A DNA stretch of 64,000 bases from Eledone cirrhosa. Lineage: Eukaryota. The notes beneath the pieces were generated by a model. It was not told where the DNA came from, made no database searches, and saw nothing but the letters and a program-made list of their open reading frames with translations. Each line of letters begins with the position of its first letter. Position 1 is the first letter of the stretch. Both the position numbers and the translations under genes were made by a program. The stretch is from assembly GCA_964016885.1 (NCBI GenBank), contig OZ024742.1, positions 185,752,001 to 185,816,000 of the forward strand, in the 5' to 3' direction. Shown piece by piece: positions 57,449 through 64,000 of the stretch.

Positions 57449-60400
57449 ATCCCCAATAGGGGGAGGCGCCACAAATGGGTTGTTTAATACCCCGTAGATA
57501 GAACAACCCTCAACTTCAGGAGCATGTTGTGCAAGTGCTCCTTTCTTCCTTTTGCTCTCTTCTTCAACCTACAGGTTTATATACAGAGAAGGCCCAATCA
57601 CTCGGGCCATTTTTGCCACATTCACCCACCTTTCAATAAATTTACTGGGGTGCAGTGCCTCTCTCTCCACTCCGATTCTCCTTCTAAAGAGGTACCTAAA
57701 GAAGGGAATGAGTTGTTGTCCGGAGAGAAAGACATCTGTCCTCAGTCCTCTCAATCTCGTCCACCATATAACCTCTTTCACCATAGCCACTATACAGAGG
57801 AAAACCGCTTCTCTTTCGTTTTTGAAAGAGGCTGGCGGTTTGATCCTAACTATGGACTCGGCAGTCAACTGGATTTGTCCCATACGCGACAGAAGTTGTT
57901 CTGCATAGTTCCACTCCCGGGCAGTATACAATTGCGTGCAAGACGGTTTCAATGTCCTGCTCGCATCTTGGACACGTCCTCTTGGAAGGATCCCTGCCGG
58001 GGCGTCCGTGCCTGTAGATCTTATCTCGAACGGGTAGAGCACCTCGGTAGCACTGCCAGGCCAGGGACCTCTGGAAGTTGTCCATAGGTCCCGGGCAGAA
58101 AGTCCTACCGAACAGCCTGGTGAACTCGTCGTCTTCGACGCCTAGAGTCTCCCCAAGAATGTCGAAGTGGAGTCTCCACTGATTGCTGTGCCCGCTTGAC
58201 AGAGGACTGTGAGCGCCTGGGCGCATTCAATGTGCCAGGCGCCCATCTTCTTCGGTCTGTCTTCGCTTGACCCAGGACTGCAGCTCTGTCAGCGAGACGA
58301 GCTGTGGGAAGGCCTGTCTCACAAACGGTGCCCACACGGGTTGGTCGGTGAGGAATACCTGAAGATGCCGTAGCCTCAGCGCATGTTTGCGCATAATTAG
58401 CCAGGGCATGCCCAGCCTTCCGTTGGAAGGGTGTTGACAGCAGACGGATCTCCTCACCAGTGGAGCCTGCTTCTTCCACAGGAACTGGAAGAGCATGCGT
58501 TCCATCTTAGTGAGGTATTCACGGGGACAAGGCACGACAGTCAAGCGGTAGTAGATGACGGACGCTATGAAAGTGTTCGCCACCTCCGCTCGACCTTTCA
58601 AAGTCAGTTTGCACTCTGCCCACTTCTGGGTGAGCGCAAATACCTTGGCCATGACCTCGTTCCAGTTTTTCTCCACCTGGAGGTCTGGACCGAACCAGAC
58701 CCCGAGCAATTTCACCGGTCCTTCCGTCCAGCATCCGACGACGCTGTCGGACGGCATCCGTTTGCCTCTCCACGTTCCGAGTTGCAAACCGACAGACTTG
58801 TTCGGGTTCAGTTTTTCTCCTGTGAACCTTTCGTATTCGTGTAGTACGTTGCCGATTACCTCGATTTCCGAGGTTTTCGACACCATTACCGTCACGTCGT
58901 CGGCATAAGCCGACGCCGCTTTTCACAGTCTCGGTTCTAAAGGGATGCCCTGCAAAAGCTCTAGCTTCCGCAGTAGTGGCTCTAGAGTCAATACGTACAG
59001 AATGGAGGAGAGAGGGCATCCCTGTCGAATGGAACGCGTGATTGCGAACGGCTCCGATAGGTAGCCGTTCACCTTGACCTTCGAGCAGATGTTGGTGTGC
59101 ATCGCCTTGATCCAGCCTCTGAAAACGGGACCGAAACCGGCCGCCTTGAGAACCGCTTCTAAGTATCGATGGTCGACCCTATCGAATGCCTTAGACTGAT
59201 CTAAATGGATCAGAGCCCCACCGAAGCCGGGTTTACACCCCACCCTCTCTATGATGTATCGCATGAGGTGGAGGTTGTCGTGTATGGACCGGTCGGGATT
59301 GCACACGTTTGCGCTTTCCCTACCAGGTTTTCGACGACAAGCGCCAGCCTCGTTGCTAGCTCCTTGGCCAAAATCTTTAACTCTGTGTTGAGCAGAGTTA
59401 TGGGCCTGAAATTGTTTATTTCGTGACCCTTGTTCTCGTCTTTCCTGATCAGCATTACTACGCCCTTGCCTGCAGAACTGGGAATTGTCCCGTTCTGCTG
59501 CCAATTGCAATAGACGGCTTCGAGGACGCCAGAGAACAAGTCCGGCATGCCTATGTAAAACTCATAGAGTAGACCATCTAGACCGGGTGATTTGCGTTTC
59601 CGGCAGCGGCCCAGAGCTTCCCGTATCTCAGTGGCTGTGATCGGTCTTTCGTAGAATTCAGCGTCCATGCTCGAGAGACGCGGCAGGCTGTCGAGGTATG
59701 AACCAAAGTCCATTGCCCCGTTCGGTGCACCGTTGTTCTGCTCAAACAGTCGCACAAAGTGCCGCTGAAATGCCGCGCACATCTGCCTGGGGTCAAGTAG
59801 CACACGTCCGTTTTGGTCTTTCAAAGACCGAATCGTGGACTTGTTGCCACTTTTCGCTTCCGCCACTCGTGCCCAGCTAACAGCTTTTGCTCCCTCGTTT
59901 CCTAGAGCACGTGATTTACTTCTGACCACGCAGCCTTCGTGTTTCGCGTCGAAGAACTGGTCCAGTGCCGTACTCTAGCTACGTTTCCACTCCTAAGCTC
60001 CTCTTCTACTTTGGTTACTAGTTTTGTTTCTGATTTGCTTTTCTCTAAAGTTAATTCTCTTCTAAACCCTATCGATTCTACTCTAATTGCTCTCTTGAGA
60101 GAGTACCACCATCTATTGTTGACGATGGCTCCCGTCAACTCTTGCTTAACTAATCTAATTATCCGTTCACTGTAGGCTTTTCATGCTGGCAATGACACGT
60201 TCAGCTTCCAGTATCCGGGTCCTTGTCTATGTATTCTATCACGGTTGACTATGCAGATGACTAGTTTGTGATCTGAATAGGCAACCATGTGCATTTGTGG
60301 ACAGCTTAACATCTTCTTGTCTTTTTCTCTAATGAAAAACCTATCTACATACGATCTAGATGTCCCGCTGCGGTTTGCCCACGTCCACTGTGGTGCAGTC

Positions 60401-60745
60401 GGGAAATCTATCTAGTCGATATCTATCGGCCAGTTGGAATTAGCCGATTAGATTTTTGAGGCTGTTGCACCCCGCTCTACTGGGACATGCTCCCCAATAG
60501 TCCCATCATGCATCTAGGATACCATTCCAGTGCCCCACTAAAAGCAAGGAGCGAGACGTTCCCAGATAAGACTCCAGACGCTGAAAGAAGTCTGGCCGCG
60601 ATTGTGACTGCCCGGTCGGGGCATAAACAGCCACCAGTCTGAAGGCTCCACCTCCAATACTGTTCACGTCTATTACTACCAGTCTACCCTCCGGGTCTAA
60701 GGGTACTTGCTGTACTTCGAGATCCAGGTTTTCCGAAACAGAGCG
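57449..60745 (-). mobile_element. Tx1/L1-clade LINE copy 1 (partial APE, RT, C-terminal CCHC), frameshifted, 5' truncated
   Basis: VAVYAP, GHWN, KSPGLDG, NFRPITLLN, LDQSKAFDRV, RQGCPLS, YADD and CPRC..ETVLHAIVYC. Confidence 0.92.
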
Positions 60746-60795
60746 ATAAGATAGATAGATAGGTAAGTTGGTAGATGGATAGATAGATAGATAGA

Positions 60796-62110
60796 TTTCT
60801 TTATTAGCCACAAGGGCGCAACAAGAAAGGGGACAATACAAAGACATGCCGGGGATTTTACATACAGTCGTGTAAAAAATATAAAAACAAACAATTTCAA
60901 CAATCGAAATCCCCAATAGGGGGGAGGCGCCACAAATGGGTTGTTTAATACCCCGTCGATAGAACAACCCTCAACTCAAGGAGCGTGTTGTGCAAGTGCT
61001 CCTTTCTTCCTTTTGCTCTCTTCCTCAACCTACAGGCTTATAAACAGAGAAGGCCCAATCACTCGGGCCATTTTCGCTTCATTCACCCACCTTTCAGTAA
61101 ATTTACTGGGGTGCAGTGCCTCTCTCTCCACCCTGATTCTCCTTCTAAAGTGATACTTAAAGAATGGAATCAATTGTTGTCCGGAGAGAAAGGCATCTGT
61201 CCTCAGTCCTCTCAACCTCGTCCACCATATAACTTCTTTCACCATAGCCACCGTACAGAGGAAAACCGCCTCTCTTTCGTTTTTGAAAGAGTCTGGCGGT
61301 TTGATCCTTACTATGGACTCGGCAGTCAACTGGATTTGTCCCATACGCGACAGCAGTTGTTCTGCATAGTTCCACAGGTCGCTTACGCTCGGGCAGTGTA
61401 CAATTGCGTGCAGAACTGTTTCAATGTCCTGCGCACATCTTGGACACGTCCTCTTGGAAGGATCCCTGCCAGGGCGTCCGTGCCTGTAGATCTTGTCACG
61501 AACCGGTAGAGCTCCTCGGTAGCACTGCCAGGCCAGGGACCTCTGGAAGTTTTCCATAGGTCCCGGGCGGAAAGTCCTACCAAACATACTGGTGAGCTCA
61601 TCGTCTTCGACGCCCAGAGTCTCTCCGAGCACGTCGTCGCCCTTGTAACGTACAATCCCTCTATAGAATGTCGAAGTGGAGTCTCCACTGATTGCTGCGC
61701 CCGCTTGCCAGAGGACTGTGAGCGCCTGAGCGCATTCAATGTGCCAGGCGCCCATCGTTTTCGGTCTTTTCTTCACCCAGGACTGCAGCTCCGTTAGCGA
61801 GACGAGCTGTGGGAAAGCCTGTCTCACAAACGGTGCCCACACCGGTTGGGGGTCGGTGAGGAATACCTGGAGATGCCGCAGCCTCAGCACATGTTTGCGC
61901 ATCATCAGCCACGGCATTCCCAGCCCTCCGTTGGAAGGGTGCTGACAGCAGACGGATCTCCTCACCAGCGGAGCCTGCTTCTTCCACAGAAACTGGAAGA
62001 GCATGCGTTCCATCTTGGCGAGGTGTTCACGGGGACAAGGCACGACAGTCAAGCGGTAGTAGATGACGGACGCTATGAAAGTGTTCGCCACCTCCGCTCG
62101 ACCTTTCAAG
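60796..62110 (-). mobile_element. Tx1/L1-clade LINE copy 2, 5' truncated, intact 3' ORF and 3' UTR, flanked by (GATA)n
   Basis: Open 359-aa ORF 61030..62109 is highly similar to copy 1; 3' end AATAAAGAAA-(TCTA)n; (GATA)n at 60748-60796 and 62111-62134. Confidence 0.92.
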
Positions 62111-62664
62111 GATAGATAGATAGATAGATAGATATTTAGACCAAAATTTCAAACATTTATACTTTGACGATAGTTCCCAAATAAATAATTCTCTTTTTTT
62201 TTTTTTGTTCGAAACTCAACGCCTGTGGGAAAACGGGAAAACTTTCTTATGTTGTCTGAAAGCTGATATTCATATCTAGTTCCCACTAAAAACTATTGCA
62301 TTGACCATGTTGGAACCAGACTTAACTCTATTATAACTTTTACTAACTTTATTTCTAAACAGTATCGAAGACAACGTTCGTGTTTAGATTATTTTGAAAG
62401 ACTACCTGCAACATATCCTCCAACATCAGCTGGACATTGCGACGTATCCTTTGTTACTCTAAAGATTAATATTCAACAAAGACAACGCAACTCTCGTGGT
62501 GTAAATGTAAACGTCTTTTTTCTTTTGTTTAACACTCATTGATCGCTATCTACCTCATAACATGTCACATCAAGATCATAATGTATGTGTCAGATGAGGT
62601 ATTACAAAGGCAGTCATGCTTTACAAATATCAAACAATGCATCGATACCTTTTTCTATATAAGG

Positions 62665-63103
<439 letters not shown>

Positions 63104-63106
<3 letters not shown>

Positions 63107-63230
63107 GAAAAAAAACGAGGAAGTTTAGTTTACATATGAAAAATATTTATTGTGTATCGACCTGTTACTCGCCTTTCGCAGAGGATTGGCTCAAAAGTAA
63201 AATTGAGATAGAGGGTTTGTGTTTCTGTTG
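63104..63230 (-). mobile_element. Degenerate relative of the 32.7 kb hammerhead element
   Basis: TTTCGCAG..TCAAAAG..TTGAGATAGAGGGTTTGTG aligns with the reverse complement of 32690-32745. Confidence 0.5.
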
Positions 63231-63449
63231 TATATATATATATATATATATATATTTCGTTTCTGAATTTGTTTAGCAAGATTCTTTATCTGAAATCGTG
63301 TGTTGAAACCGATATTGTTATACTTTAGGAGGGTCATGTTGCCAATAAGAAACACACGCACCAGTTGCTTTCACTTCAATTTATTATAATAAATTTATAA
63401 ATTTCTGGTTGGTTGGTTGGTTCCACAACCAGATAGTTGTTTATATATT

Positions 63450-63492
63450 GTCATAGTTCTTTCGTCACACACTCTGTGACCTCTTCAGTGAC
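63450..63492 (-). ncRNA. Minimal type I hammerhead in the PLE 3' pLTR
   Basis: GTCA-CTGAAGA-G-GTCACA-GAGTG-TGTGAC-GAAAG-AA-CTA-TGAC. Confidence 0.8.
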
Positions 63493-63691
63493 TGGGGATT
63501 CCTTTCTTTGTTTCTGTGCCTCTCCTTTGTTCTGTCCTACGCCATTTTGTTTCTGTGTGTGTGTTGTGTGCTCAGTCTGCGCATGCGCCACATCCGGGTG
63601 TCTGTGTGTGTTTATGTTCATTTATGTATTTGTTTATTTACATGTTACTGGTTGGTTGTTTGTTCTGTGTGTGTGTGTTTTCATTTTGTCC

Positions 63692-64000
63692 TTAATTGTA
63701 AGTTGTGATGTTGTTGTTCCACTCATATTTTCTATTTAATTTTGGTTGTAATTCTTTTATGTTTATTGCCTCTGTAATTTGTCTAAACATTGCGTCTTTT
63801 CTGTGTGTAGATTCTATTTTTATTTCTATGTTCTCTAATTTACCCTTGTGTTCTATTTTAGCATGTTGGTAGAGTACAGATGATTCTTTACTATCTTGAA
63901 GGTCTCGCCAGTGTTCATTTATCCGTTCTCCTACACTACGGGCTGTCTCACCTATGTACACTATATTGTTGTCTCTACATTGTCCTTCAGTACATCTTAG
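63692..64000 (-). CDS. C-terminal GIY-YIG endonuclease of a Penelope-like element (open at the window end)
   Basis: C..C..VYIGETARSVGERINEH..SVLYQH..RQITEAINI..PKLN, followed by a hammerhead-bearing 3' region. Confidence 0.85.
   Translation of the reverse strand, partial: LRCTEGQCRDNNIVYIGETARSVGERINEHWRDLQDSKESSVLYQHAKIEHKGKLENIEIKIESTHRKDAMFRQITEAINIKELQPKLNRKYEWNNNITTYN

Overview
Eukaryotic, repeat-rich, apparently gene-free DNA. The SINE, LINE and microsatellite content suggests an invertebrate, probably an octopus-like cephalopod (inference). Bases 1-29657 are a 64/66-bp tandem satellite (about 455 monomers) with kilobase-scale higher-order periods; its ORFs are artefacts. The remaining 34 kb is a mosaic of microsatellites, tRNA-derived SINEs, MITEs, a Helitron-like element, RTE-, Tx1/L1- and CR1-like LINE relics, and Penelope-like (PLE) RT and GIY-YIG fragments. 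The main signal is a set of unrelated small element families sitting in (TA)n tracts. Many share one architecture: two outward-facing inverted arms, one with an extra 3' tail. Six families carry hand-foldable type I hammerhead ribozymes, including core variants (U3-A8, U4A, long stem II). One is a 450-bp ORF-less multimer that looks like a retrozyme copied from a circular RNA, and a further family has a possible permuted hammerhead-like motif. A Tx1-like LINE appears to target (GATA)n. All folds and alignments were done by eye; no database search was possible.
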